DNA from: an uncultured Mycoplasmatota bacterium
Lineage (GTDB): Bacteria; Bacillota_I; Bacilli_A; RF39; UBA660
Length of the DNA stretch: 62,255 nt
Direction of reading: 5' to 3'
Assembly: GCA_948465965.1 (NCBI GenBank)
Contig: CAOJYR010000006.1
Location: forward strand, 1-62,255
Shown here: piece after piece, positions 29,146 through 38,970 of the stretch
Layout: every line of letters begins with the position of its first letter
Numbering within the stretch: the first letter of the stretch is position 1
Notes under the pieces: generated by a model
Told to the model about the DNA's origin: nothing
The model's input: only the letters and a program-made list of their open reading frames with translations
Database searches by the model: none
Made by a program: the position numbers and the translations under genes

Positions 29146-29784
29146 ATGGAAAAAGAAAAGGAAGAAAAGATTGAAGTTCTCGAAGAGGAAAAAGATTTAA
29201 AAGAAAATAAAAATTCCAAATCACATGCATGTGATTGTAATAAAGACTCTGATGATTCGTGTGGTGGGGAATGCCATTGTCACGAAAAACAAAAAAAACA
29301 TAAAAAAGAAAAAGATCACAAACGAAAAGAGGACATAAAAAAACTTGAAGAAGAAAATAAAAACTTATTAGAAAAAGTTAGATTAGCGCAAGCCGAACTT
29401 ATAAATTATCGAAAAAGAAAAGATGAGGAAACAGCAAATATATTAAAATTTGCAAATCAGGATTTAATTATGGAAATTCTTCCAATTGTAGATAATTTTG
29501 AACGAGCTATAAAATTAGATGATAATGATTTAACTGACGAATTATCAAAATTCTTAGATGGTTTTAAAATGATGTATGCGTCATTAACAGAAACACTAAA
29601 AAAATTCGGGGTTGAAGAAATAAATAGAGTTGGACAAGTTTTTGATCCAAACGAAGAGCAAGCACTACTTACTGATTGTGTAGAAGAAGATGATGACGAA
29701 GTAGTACTTGAAGTGTTATTAAAAGGATATAAATATAAAGGTAGAGTAATTCGCCCTGCCTCAGTAAAAATAAACCAAAAATAA
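29146..29784 (+). CDS. grpE: nucleotide exchange factor GrpE with a Cys/His-rich N-terminal insert
   Basis: The C-terminal two thirds are canonical GrpE (AELINYRKR, ILPIVDNFERA, GYKYKGRVIRPA). The N-terminal region carries HACDCNKDSDDSCGGECHCHE. Confidence 0.9.
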   Translation: MEKEKEEKIEVLEEEKDLKENKNSKSHACDCNKDSDDSCGGECHCHEKQKKHKKEKDHKRKEDIKKLEEENKNLLEKVRLAQAELINYRKRKDEETANILKFANQDLIMEILPIVDNFERAIKLDDNDLTDELSKFLDGFKMMYASLTETLKKFGVEEINRVGQVFDPNEEQALLTDCVEEDDDEVVLEVLLKGYKYKGRVIRPASVKINQK

Positions 29785-29799
29785 AAGGAGAGATAAATT

Positions 29800-31650
29800 A
29801 TGGGTAAAATAATAGGTATCGATTTAGGTACAACAAATTCATGTGCCGCAGTATTAGAAGCTGGAGCACCAAAAGTAATTCCAAATCCAGAAGGAGGAAG
29901 AACTACTCCATCTGTTGTAGCATTTAAAAAAGGAGAAAAAATAGTAGGAGATGCTGCTAAACGTCAAGCATTAACAAATCCTAATACAGTATCATCTGTT
30001 AAAAGATTAATGGGTACGAACAAGAAAGTTGAACTTGAAGATAAGAAGTACACTCCAGAAGAAATTTCAGCAATGATTTTGTCATACATTAAAGATTACG
30101 CAGAAAGTTATTTAGGCGAGAAAGTTGATAAAGCCGTAATTACAGTTCCTGCATATTTCAATGATGCTGAGCGTCAAGCTACTAAGAACGCTGGTAAGAT
30201 TGCAGGACTTGAAGTGGAAAGAATTATCAATGAACCAACTGCCGCAGCCTTAGCTTACGGTCTTGAAAAAGACGAAGGGCAAACTATTTTAGTATATGAC
30301 CTAGGTGGAGGTACATTCGACGTTTCTATTCTAGAACTTGGAGATGGTGTATTTGAAGTTAAATCTACTAATGGTAATAACAAGCTTGGTGGAGATGACT
30401 TCGATGAGAGAATAATTGACTACTTAGTTAGTGAATTTAAAAAGGATAATGGTATTGATTTATCAAAAGATTCAATGGCTATGCAACGTCTAAAAGAAAC
30501 AGCAGAAAAAGCAAAGAAAGATTTATCCGGCATGGTATCTACGCAAGTATCTGCACCATTTATTGCTAAGGGTGATGATGGAGAACCACTTCACTTAGAC
30601 ATGACATTAACTCGTGCTAAATTTGAAGATTTAATTAGAGACTTAGTAGAATCAACCCTAGATCCAGTTAAGAAAGCATTAAAGGATGCTAAGATGACTA
30701 AGAAAGATATTGATAAAGTTATCTTTGTTGGAGGATCTACTCGTGTACCAATGGTATATGACTTAATTACAAAAGAACTTGGACAAGAGCCATCTCGTGA
30801 AGTTAACCCAGACGAGGTTGTTGCTATGGGAGCTGCTATTCAAGGTGGAGTATTAACAGGAGATGTTAATGATATCGTATTACTTGATGTTACACCATTA
30901 TCACTTGGTATTGAAACATTAGGTAGTGTTATGACAACATTAATTCCAAGAAATACAACAATTCCAACTTCAAAATCAGAAGTATTCTCAACTGCTGCTG
31001 ATAATCAACCTGCTGTAGATATTCACGTATTACAAGGTGAACGTCCAATGGCAAGCGACAATAAAACTTTAGGAAGATTCCAACTTACAAACATTCCACC
31101 TGCACCACGTGGAGTTCCACAAATCGAAGTTAAATTTGATATTGATGCAAATGGTATAGTAAACGTTACCGCAAAAGATCTTGGAACAAATAAAGAACAA
31201 TCAATTACAATCACATCAAGTACTAATCTTTCTGATGAGGAAATTGAAAAAATGCGTAAAGAGGCTGAAGAAAATAAAGAAGCTGATGAAAAACGTAAAG
31301 AAGAAGCTGAAATTAAAAATGAAGCAGAACAAATGGTTTTCCAAACAGAAAAAGCTATTAAAGATTTAGGAGATAAAGCGGATAAGAAAGAAGTAGAACA
31401 GGCAGAAGACTTAATCAAAGACTTGAAGAAAGCTTTAGAAGATGGTGATGTTGATAAAATCAAAGAAGAAAAAGAAAAACTTCAAGAAAAAGCAATGGCT
31501 CTAGCTTCAAAAGTATATGAACAAGCAGCAAAAGAAAGACAAGCAGAAGAAAGTAATGAAGCAGACGAAAAAGAAAATAAAAAATCTAAAAAAGATAAGA
31601 AATCTAAAAAAGATGATGATGTTCAAGAAGCAGATATAGAAGAAGAATAA
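29800..31650 (+). CDS. dnaK: molecular chaperone DnaK
   Basis: [19 protein letters not shown] and other canonical Hsp70 motifs. Lys/Asp-rich tail. Confidence 0.95.
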   Translation: MGKIIGIDLGTTNSCAAVLEAGAPKVIPNPEGGRTTPSVVAFKKGEKIVGDAAKRQALTNPNTVSSVKRLMGTNKKVELEDKKYTPEEISAMILSYIKDYAESYLGEKVDKAVITVPAYFNDAERQATKNAGKIAGLEVERIINEPTAAALAYGLEKDEGQTILVYDLGGGTFDVSILELGDGVFEVKSTNGNNKLGGDDFDERIIDYLVSEFKKDNGIDLSKDSMAMQRLKETAEKAKKDLSGMVSTQVSAPFIAKGDDGEPLHLDMTLTRAKFEDLIRDLVESTLDPVKKALKDAKMTKKDIDKVIFVGGSTRVPMVYDLITKELGQEPSREVNPDEVVAMGAAIQGGVLTGDVNDIVLLDVTPLSLGIETLGSVMTTLIPRNTTIPTSKSEVFSTAADNQPAVDIHVLQGERPMASDNKTLGRFQLTNIPPAPRGVPQIEVKFDIDANGIVNVTAKDLGTNKEQSITITSSTNLSDEEIEKMRKEAEENKEADEKRKEEAEIKNEAEQMVFQTEKAIKDLGDKADKKEVEQAEDLIKDLKKALEDGDVDKIKEEKEKLQEKAMALASKVYEQAAKERQAEESNEADEKENKKSKKDKKSKKDDDVQEADIEEE

Positions 31651-31714
31651 AAACAAAAGATGTAAGAAGTAGCCAACTGCGACTACTTCTTCATATTATA
31701 AATAGGAGAATAAA

Positions 31715-33517
31715 ATGGATAAAATTAAAACAAGAAATGAAATTAGCAGTAACGATAAATGGAATATAGAACTTATTTATAAAGATACAGAAGAGTTTAA
31801 TAAAGATTTAAACCAAGCAAAATTAGAATTAGATAAGTTAGTAGAATTAGAAGAAAAATTTCTAGAAAATTCTGAAAGTTTTAAAAAATTCTTTATGCAG
31901 GATGAAATAACTTCTAGAACATTAGATAAATTATTTATCTATGCAAACTGTAAAAGTGACGAAGACAAAGCAAACAGTATTTATCAAGAATTATTAGGGA
32001 AAATTACAAATCTCTATGCAGAGTACAATGAAAAAACTGCATCAATTATACCTAAAATTTTAAAAACAGATAAGGAGGTTATTTACCAGTACATAGAGGA
32101 ACAAGAATTTTTAGCGCCTTATAAATATTTCTTTGATTGTATACTTATAACGAAAGATCATACTTTATCTGAAGAAGTAGAAAAAACATTATCAGCTTAT
32201 GCCCCAGTTTTAGGAGCAAGTGAAGATGCTTCGTCCTATTTAATAAATGCCGATTTAAGATTTGGTACAATTAAAAATGAGGAAAAGGAAGAGGAAGAAT
32301 TAACTGAAACAAATTATACAAATTTTATCAGATCAAAAGATAGAAAGGTAAGGAAAGAGGCCTTTCATAAAATGTATACAACTTATAAGGGAGTAGAAAA
32401 CACACTTACTTCTACCTATAATACTGCTGTTAATTATGACGCAATAACCGCAAGACTTAGAAATTACAACAGTTCAATAGAAATGTATTTAAAACCCAGA
32501 AATATTCCCATTGAGTTATATAACAATTTAATTCAAGTAGTAAGAGAAAATCTACATACTCTATATGAGTATTATGATATAAAAAAAGATATTCTAAAAC
32601 TTGATGAATTTCATCTATATGATGGTTATGTAAATGTTACAAAAGAAAATGAGAAAAAATATTCGTTTGATGAGGCAAAAGAATTAGTAATAAATGCTTT
32701 AAGTATATTAGGTAATGATTATACAGAAGTTTTAAAAAGTGCCTTTGCTGATGGCTGGATAGATAAATATCCAAACAAAGGAAAAAGAGGTGGAGCCTAT
32801 TCAATAGGAAACTATGATACACATCCCTATGTTTTACTAAATTATACAAATACTTATAATGATGTATCAACAATAGCACATGAATTAGGGCATGCAATGC
32901 ATAGTTATTATACAGCTAAAAATAATCCTTATATAACCGCTGATTATCCGATTTTTTTAGCAGAAATAGCATCAACTACTAATGAATTATTATTAAGCCA
33001 TTATATGTATGAAAATTCTACAAGTAAAGAAGAAAAATTAAATATTTTAAATGAAAAATTAGACTTATTTAAAGCAACTATATTTCGTCAAACAATGTTT
33101 GCAGAATTTGAAAAAAATGCACATGATTATGTAGATAATAAAAATGTTTTAACAAGTGATTATTTATGTGATATGTATTATAAGCTAAACAAAGACTATT
33201 TTGGTAAAAATGTTGTAGTAGATAATGAAATTAGATATGAATGGTTAAGAATACCCCATTTCTATACTCCATTTTATGTATACCAATATGCAACGAGTCT
33301 TTCGATTTCTTGTTATGTTGCAGAAAACATCATAAAAAACACTCCGGGATTTAAAGAAAAATATATAGAATTTTTAGCATCCGGAGGAAGAGATTATCCA
33401 TTAGAAGTATTAAAAATAATTGATATTGATTTATGTGACACTAAAGTCTTTGAAAGTGCAATGAATACTTTCAAGGAAACCTTAGATAAATTCAAAAAAG
33501 TTTATTATGAGAAGTAG
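31715..33517 (+). CDS. pepF: oligoendopeptidase F (M3B)
   Basis: 600 aa. HELGHAMH followed by FLAEIAST. Overall PepF-like length and layout. Confidence 0.8.
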   Translation: MDKIKTRNEISSNDKWNIELIYKDTEEFNKDLNQAKLELDKLVELEEKFLENSESFKKFFMQDEITSRTLDKLFIYANCKSDEDKANSIYQELLGKITNLYAEYNEKTASIIPKILKTDKEVIYQYIEEQEFLAPYKYFFDCILITKDHTLSEEVEKTLSAYAPVLGASEDASSYLINADLRFGTIKNEEKEEEELTETNYTNFIRSKDRKVRKEAFHKMYTTYKGVENTLTSTYNTAVNYDAITARLRNYNSSIEMYLKPRNIPIELYNNLIQVVRENLHTLYEYYDIKKDILKLDEFHLYDGYVNVTKENEKKYSFDEAKELVINALSILGNDYTEVLKSAFADGWIDKYPNKGKRGGAYSIGNYDTHPYVLLNYTNTYNDVSTIAHELGHAMHSYYTAKNNPYITADYPIFLAEIASTTNELLLSHYMYENSTSKEEKLNILNEKLDLFKATIFRQTMFAEFEKNAHDYVDNKNVLTSDYLCDMYYKLNKDYFGKNVVVDNEIRYEWLRIPHFYTPFYVYQYATSLSISCYVAENIIKNTPGFKEKYIEFLASGGRDYPLEVLKIIDIDLCDTKVFESAMNTFKETLDKFKKVYYEK

Positions 33518-33529
33518 TGAGGTGAAGAT

Positions 33530-34684
33530 ATGGCAGATAAACGTGATTATTATGACGTCTTAGGTGTATCTAAGACTGCAAGTGAAGCAGAGATTAAAAG
33601 TGCCTTTCGTAAAAAAGCAAAAGAGTTCCATCCAGATTTGAATAAAGATAATCCAGATGCCGCTGAAAAGTTTAAAGAAGCACAGGAGGCTTATTCTGTT
33701 TTATCAGATGAGTCAAAACGTAAAATGTATGATCAATATGGTCATGCTGGAGTAGGAGGCAGCGGGGCAAATGGTTTCGGAGGTTTTGGTGGCTTCGAAT
33801 CAGCTGACTTTGATTTTACAGATATATTTGATTCCATATTTGGCGGTGGAGCTGGAGGATTTTCTTCAAGCTTCAATTTTGGAGGAGGTTCTTCATCTGG
33901 AAGAACTAGAGCCACTCGCGGAAGTGATGTTTTAATGCGTATGGATGTGAATTTTGAAGAGTCTGTCTATGGTACAGAAAAGAAATTTAATCTAGATGTA
34001 GTTGAAGATTGTGAAGAATGTAATGGTAAAGGTGGTTTTGATGAAGAAAAATGTTCAACTTGTCATGGTAGTGGAACGATTACTTCAGAACAACACACAA
34101 TATTAGGTTCCTTTTTATCAAAAAGCACTTGTCCTGATTGTAAAGGTTTAGGAATAACATATAAAACAAAATGTAGTCATTGCAAAGGCAAAGGAAAAAT
34201 CAAAAAGAACAAAACAATCACTATTAATGTCCCAGCTGGTATTAATACTGGAGATAGGTTAAGGGTGACTGGTAAGGGTAATCCTGGCGCAAATGGAGGA
34301 CCTAATGGAGATTTATATTTAGAGTTTGTAGTAGATGAACATGATTACTTTATAAGAGATAATGATGATATCTACTTAGAAGTACCATTAACCATAACAG
34401 AAGGAATTTTAGGTTGCAAAAAGGAAATTCCAACACTTTATGGAAATGTAAAACTAAATATCTCAGCTGGTACAAATAGTGGAGATAAGCAAAGAATACG
34501 TGGTAAGGGAGTAGATAACCACTATCGTAAAAGAAAAGGTGATATGTATGTAGTATTTAAAGTATATACTCCAAAAAAATTATCACGTGAACAAAAATCC
34601 CTAATAGATAAATTATCAAAAACAGATTTAGATACACCAGAAACAAGTAAGTTTAATAAATTTACAAAAGAAAATGACAAATAA
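33530..34684 (+). CDS. dnaJ: molecular chaperone DnaJ
   Basis: J domain with HPD (FHPDLNK), a Gly-rich linker and four CxxCxGxG zinc-finger repeats. Confidence 0.95.
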   Translation: MADKRDYYDVLGVSKTASEAEIKSAFRKKAKEFHPDLNKDNPDAAEKFKEAQEAYSVLSDESKRKMYDQYGHAGVGGSGANGFGGFGGFESADFDFTDIFDSIFGGGAGGFSSSFNFGGGSSSGRTRATRGSDVLMRMDVNFEESVYGTEKKFNLDVVEDCEECNGKGGFDEEKCSTCHGSGTITSEQHTILGSFLSKSTCPDCKGLGITYKTKCSHCKGKGKIKKNKTITINVPAGINTGDRLRVTGKGNPGANGGPNGDLYLEFVVDEHDYFIRDNDDIYLEVPLTITEGILGCKKEIPTLYGNVKLNISAGTNSGDKQRIRGKGVDNHYRKRKGDMYVVFKVYTPKKLSREQKSLIDKLSKTDLDTPETSKFNKFTKENDK

Positions 34685-34702
34685 TTCTAATTTGTCTTTT
34701 TT
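34676..34702 (+). terminator. rho-independent terminator of the dnaK operon
   Basis: GACAAAT / ATTTGTC stem followed by TTTTTT. Confidence 0.7.
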
Positions 34703-34829
34703 ATTGTAGTAAGATAAAAAGAAGTTTATTTTAGTTAAATAAGTATAGCTAGATTAATGTAAATCGTAATAGAGAATTTGATTATAAAGAGTATTTATAG
34801 TATAATATGTATCACGAAGGAGAACGGGC

Positions 34830-36290
34830 ATGGAAATTAATATAGATAAGATCTTAAAAGAAAAAGATTATAAAGAATTTCTAAAATTTGTAGATATACC
34901 AATAAGAGAAAAGTTTTTAGTGAAAGAAACATTAAGGATCGAAGAAATTATTTTAAAAAAAACTATAAATCAATTGAACAATAAAGAGAATATAAACTCT
35001 AAAAAAATAAAGACCCTTCTAGAGGAACAAATAGTAATTTTAGAAAAAAGGGTACAAAGAATAAGCAGAGATCTAGATAAAAATCAAAAAGAAAAACTAT
35101 TTGAAAAGTATATAAACATGTATATGAATCATCTGTTTTGTAATGGATTAGTATGGATTACACATACAGAAGAGGAAATGAAAAAAACAGAAATTTATGA
35201 TGAGATCTGTTTTAAAATCAGAAGAGAAAATCTTGATAATCCAAGGGCTACAATAATTAAAGCAGATTATGCAGAAGATTTTTCGATTCTATGTTCAAAC
35301 GATGATAATAATAGAATAACCTCTGGTTATCTAATGATCGGTAGTTCAGTATATGATGGTCAAGACTCAAATAATATTATATTAAACAGTTACTTAATGG
35401 ATCTTTTAGAGGGGAAACAAGTAGGCACCATAGAAAACTATTATATCAATTATATGAGTATAAATTATATTCATTTAGAGAAGCAAAATACAACACGAGC
35501 AAGAAATATAAATAAAAATTTATATACTGTTATAATAGGGGCATATCAAAATATTTACAATACATTAAAAGATGAAATATATAAAATTTATCACAATGGT
35601 TATACAGAGGAAGAATTAAAAAAAGCAAAAGAAGAAAGACAATCCATGTATGAATCCTTATTTATTGCTAAGGACTTTTTAGAAAGTAAAGTGAGTAGAG
35701 AAAAATACTGTTCTATTAAAAGTATTCAACCAACTTTTTTTGATAAAGCTATAGAAAACTTAAAACAAGTAGATGAAGGTTTATATAAGGAAGTGGGAAA
35801 ACAATTAAACAAAGGAAAAATATTCTTTTTAAATCAGATGAATGAAATTGGTTCATATTTAAAACGATATGATCCAAGAAAAAATAATTTTACGCTAATC
35901 GATTATTATGCAATAACAAATAGACCAATTGAAGATGTCATATCATTTTATAGATATAATAAAGAAATATTATGTAAAGCTAAATTGTTTAAAAGAGCAA
36001 ATGAGAAAAAAATGATAAGCGTAAATTATAAAGAAATCGACGAGGCTAAAATAATTATCATAGACAGAGAATTAACACAAGAAGATAAGGATAATATTAA
36101 AAACTTTATTAAAAAAGAAGGGTATCCAAATATTAAAAATATATATTTAGAGGCTCGAAAGGCATATCTTGAAGGCGACCTTAGAAGAGTAGAAAAAGAA
36201 ACAATAAAAAAATTAATAAAAAATAAATTTGCAAAAGAAAAGGAAAATAAACCCAATGAGCAAAAACAGAAAAAACATACAAAAAAATAA
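34830..36290 (+). CDS. hypothetical protein, 486 aa, Lys-rich C-terminus
   Basis: Long ORF with SD GAAGGAG. No TM segment and no motif recognised. Confidence 0.5.
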   Translation: MEINIDKILKEKDYKEFLKFVDIPIREKFLVKETLRIEEIILKKTINQLNNKENINSKKIKTLLEEQIVILEKRVQRISRDLDKNQKEKLFEKYINMYMNHLFCNGLVWITHTEEEMKKTEIYDEICFKIRRENLDNPRATIIKADYAEDFSILCSNDDNNRITSGYLMIGSSVYDGQDSNNIILNSYLMDLLEGKQVGTIENYYINYMSINYIHLEKQNTTRARNINKNLYTVIIGAYQNIYNTLKDEIYKIYHNGYTEEELKKAKEERQSMYESLFIAKDFLESKVSREKYCSIKSIQPTFFDKAIENLKQVDEGLYKEVGKQLNKGKIFFLNQMNEIGSYLKRYDPRKNNFTLIDYYAITNRPIEDVISFYRYNKEILCKAKLFKRANEKKMISVNYKEIDEAKIIIIDRELTQEDKDNIKNFIKKEGYPNIKNIYLEARKAYLEGDLRRVEKETIKKLIKNKFAKEKENKPNEQKQKKHTKK

Positions 36291-36295
36291 TAAAT

Positions 36296-36320
36296 AGAAG
36301 GATAAAATACCTTCTTTTTT
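36296..36320 (+). terminator. rho-independent terminator
   Basis: AGAAGG / CCTTCT stem followed by TTTTT. Confidence 0.65.
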
Positions 36321-36412
36321 GGTATAATTTAATTAAATGCAACCAAAAAGTTACAAAAAACAACTAAAAATTGGTAGAGTGCAACCGCATAACATAGTAC
36401 GATTATGGCGAG

Positions 36413-37819
36413 GTGAGGAAAGTGAAGTTTGGAGAAAACTTACAAAAATTAAGAAAAGAGAAAAAGATAAGTCAAGAACAACTAGCAGAACAGTTAGGAG
36501 TAACAAGACAATCGGTTTCAAAGTGGGAATCAGGTATATCCTATCCAGAAATGGATAAATTAGTATCCATATGTAAAATATTTAATTGTGATTTAGATTC
36601 TTTAATTAATAAAGATATTAAGGAAGAATTAGAAAAAAAAGAGGCTAGTAGTATAGTTAAAAATATATTTAAAGAGGCAATGTCTTATATTGAAAAAACA
36701 GTAAGACTATTTGAACAAAAATCATTTAAAGAAATAATCAAAATAATTGCCCAAATAATATTAATCATTATAATCATATTATTATTCAGTATTCCATTCC
36801 AATTAATAGAAGGAACTATTAGTAATGCATTTTATGTAAATAATAATTATATTAGTAATTTCTTTAGTAGTTTATGTGATTTTATTTTTAATGGTATATA
36901 TGTAGTTTTAGCGATTATAGCATTCCTATATATATTTAAAATTAAATTTTTAGATGAATATAGTGAAATAGAAACCAAAGAAATAAAAGAAAATATAAAT
37001 ACAGAGGATAATAAAGAAGATAAAGTAGTAGAAAAAACACAAAAAGTAATCACAAAAACAATACGCGAAAATACACTTACTGATATATTAGTAAAATTAA
37101 TAACTATATTTATAAAATTTTGTTTATTACTATTCTTAATACCAGTAGTTATCACAATGGTATCACTAATAATTGGATTGATATTATTAGTAATAATGAT
37201 ATTTAAAGGTGTACTTCTTTTAGGCCCTATTATTTGTTTAATTGCTGGAACTATTTTATCAATATTAATTATAGAGTTAATACTAAATTTTACATTTAAT
37301 CTAAAATATAGTAAGAGAAGAGTAATTATTACATTTATTACATCCTTAGTATTAGGATCTATTGGACTAGGGTTATCCATTTGGTATTTTATAAATCTGA
37401 ATATCATCAATGATTCACCAGCAGAGTATAAAAAAGCATCTATTGAAGAAAAAATACCAATGACTGATGATTTAAAATTTCATCAAGTATATGATGATAT
37501 AGAATATATTGCAGATGAGAATTTAAATAATGAAGTTTTAGTTAAAGTAGAATATAACGAAAATTGCTGTAATAAAATGTCGCTTAGAATAGAAAATACC
37601 GCATATATGATAGATTGTGATTATAATGAATCGTTTAATGGTAAAAAAATAATAAATTCAATTATAAAAGATTTAAAGAATCATAAATTATATACATATT
37701 CTAACTATTCTACAGTAAAACTTACTATAAAAACACAACAAGCAAACATAGATAAAATTATTAAAAATCAAGATGAATGGTATAGCAGTGATTATGATGA
37801 AGAAGATGACTATGAATAA
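36413..37819 (+). CDS. membrane-anchored XRE-family HTH transcriptional regulator
   Basis: N-terminal HTH_3 (LRKEKKISQEQLAEQLGVTRQSVSKWESG), followed by several TM segments and an extracytoplasmic C-terminal domain. The start may be GTG 36422. Confidence 0.7.
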   Translation: MRKVKFGENLQKLRKEKKISQEQLAEQLGVTRQSVSKWESGISYPEMDKLVSICKIFNCDLDSLINKDIKEELEKKEASSIVKNIFKEAMSYIEKTVRLFEQKSFKEIIKIIAQIILIIIIILLFSIPFQLIEGTISNAFYVNNNYISNFFSSLCDFIFNGIYVVLAIIAFLYIFKIKFLDEYSEIETKEIKENINTEDNKEDKVVEKTQKVITKTIRENTLTDILVKLITIFIKFCLLLFLIPVVITMVSLIIGLILLVIMIFKGVLLLGPIICLIAGTILSILIIELILNFTFNLKYSKRRVIITFITSLVLGSIGLGLSIWYFINLNIINDSPAEYKKASIEEKIPMTDDLKFHQVYDDIEYIADENLNNEVLVKVEYNENCCNKMSLRIENTAYMIDCDYNESFNGKKIINSIIKDLKNHKLYTYSNYSTVKLTIKTQQANIDKIIKNQDEWYSSDYDEEDDYE

Positions 37820-37832
37820 GTTATCTTTTTTC

Positions 37833-37861
37833 TTGTTGAAAAAGTAATGATGATATATAAT
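37833..37861 (+). promoter_or_regulatory. sigmaA-type promoter of the uORF/ThyA-like unit
   Basis: TTGTTG, 17 nt, TATAAT. Confidence 0.55.
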
Positions 37862-37886
37862 AAAATTATATGGGAGGTAAGGTAAC

Positions 37887-37991
37887 ATGAAACAAATAAA
37901 TATTAATAGAATTAATTTAGAAAAATATAATTTAGGAGAAAATATATTATCTTTAAAAAAGACGAATTATTATGATGTATTACACAATTGA
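37887..37991 (+). CDS. 34-codon upstream ORF overlapping the ThyA-like start
   Basis: Strong SD GGGAGG (37872-37877) lies 9 nt before the ATG. It encodes MKQININRINLEKYNLGENILSLKKTNYYDVLHN. Its TGA at 37989 is 20 nt inside the next ORF. Confidence 0.4.
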   Translation: MKQININRINLEKYNLGENILSLKKTNYYDVLHN

Positions 37992-38916
37992 TTCAAGAAA
38001 GGGTATCGTAAAAACAAGTGATGGCAAGGAAATCTGTGTAGGAGAAAAAGAACAAGTTAAAGAAAAAGAAACTGGAGTGGAAATATGGGTACCAGCGCAC
38101 ACCATTAGTGTTAACAGTGGAGTGGAATGTACTTATGATTTATCACGTGGAGAGTCTCCAATGATCACACTAAGACCTATCGCAACAAAAGCAACAATCG
38201 CTGAAATAATGTGGATCTATCAAAAAGAAAGTAATGATTTAGTAGAATTTGATGAATTACTTGGAAGAAACACTTGGGATATAGATCATAAAATACATAA
38301 CTGGTGGAATGATTGGGCATTAAGAGATAAAGATGGGAATTATATTTTAAATGAAAAAGGTCACCCAATAATAGGATCTTGTTATGGAGAAACAGTTAGA
38401 AAACATAATCTATTAAAAGAACAAGTTATTGATGCAATTAAAAAGAATATGGATGGTAGAAGAAACATTACTAGTTTATGGCAAGAAGATGATTTCAAAG
38501 AACCTCATGGATTAAAACCTTGTGCATTTCTAACAATCTGGAATGTAAGACATGAATGGGATGGGAAAGATTACTTAGATATGACAATGGTCCAAAGATC
38601 TAGTGATTTTGCAACAGCAGGATGTATTAATCAAGTACAATATGTAGTTCTTCAAAAAATGGTCGCAAGAGAGTTAGAATTAGAGCCAGGAACATTTACT
38701 TGGAAACCAATTAATGTTCAATTATATGATAGACATATAGACCAAGCCATTGAGATGCTAAATAGAGAGCCTGTTAATTGTAAAGCAGATATAGAACTTA
38801 ATCCAGATATAGAAAATTTCTATGATTTTACACCAGACGATATAAAGATAACTGACTATCCAAAAGAATTAATAAAAAAGAAAAACCCTCAATTAAAATT
38901 TGAATTAGGAATATAA
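37972..38916 (+). CDS. thymidylate synthase (ThyA) family protein, divergent
   Basis: Conserved ThyA landmarks are present: AEIMWIY (E58/W region), DGRRNITSLW (Arg pair), KPCAF (catalytic Cys), QRSSD...CINQ (Arg-Ser, Asp, Asn) and LYDRH. The DRTG phosphate-binding Arg and the N-terminal helix are not seen. There is no SD before the ATG. Confidence 0.6.
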   Translation: MMYYTIDSRKGIVKTSDGKEICVGEKEQVKEKETGVEIWVPAHTISVNSGVECTYDLSRGESPMITLRPIATKATIAEIMWIYQKESNDLVEFDELLGRNTWDIDHKIHNWWNDWALRDKDGNYILNEKGHPIIGSCYGETVRKHNLLKEQVIDAIKKNMDGRRNITSLWQEDDFKEPHGLKPCAFLTIWNVRHEWDGKDYLDMTMVQRSSDFATAGCINQVQYVVLQKMVARELELEPGTFTWKPINVQLYDRHIDQAIEMLNREPVNCKADIELNPDIENFYDFTPDDIKITDYPKELIKKKNPQLKFELGI

Positions 38917-38970
38917 AATAGTTTACATAGAAAACGTCAAATATGGTGTTTTTTCTTTTTTAATTATTTT

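Noticed and set aside
37955-37961. A_AAA_AAG heptamer in the correct phase within the uORF, as a possible dnaX-type -1 frameshift site feeding the ThyA-like ORF.
   Set aside because: The -1 frame hits TGA after four codons (37973-37975). The ThyA-like ORF is in the +1 frame, so this site cannot join them.
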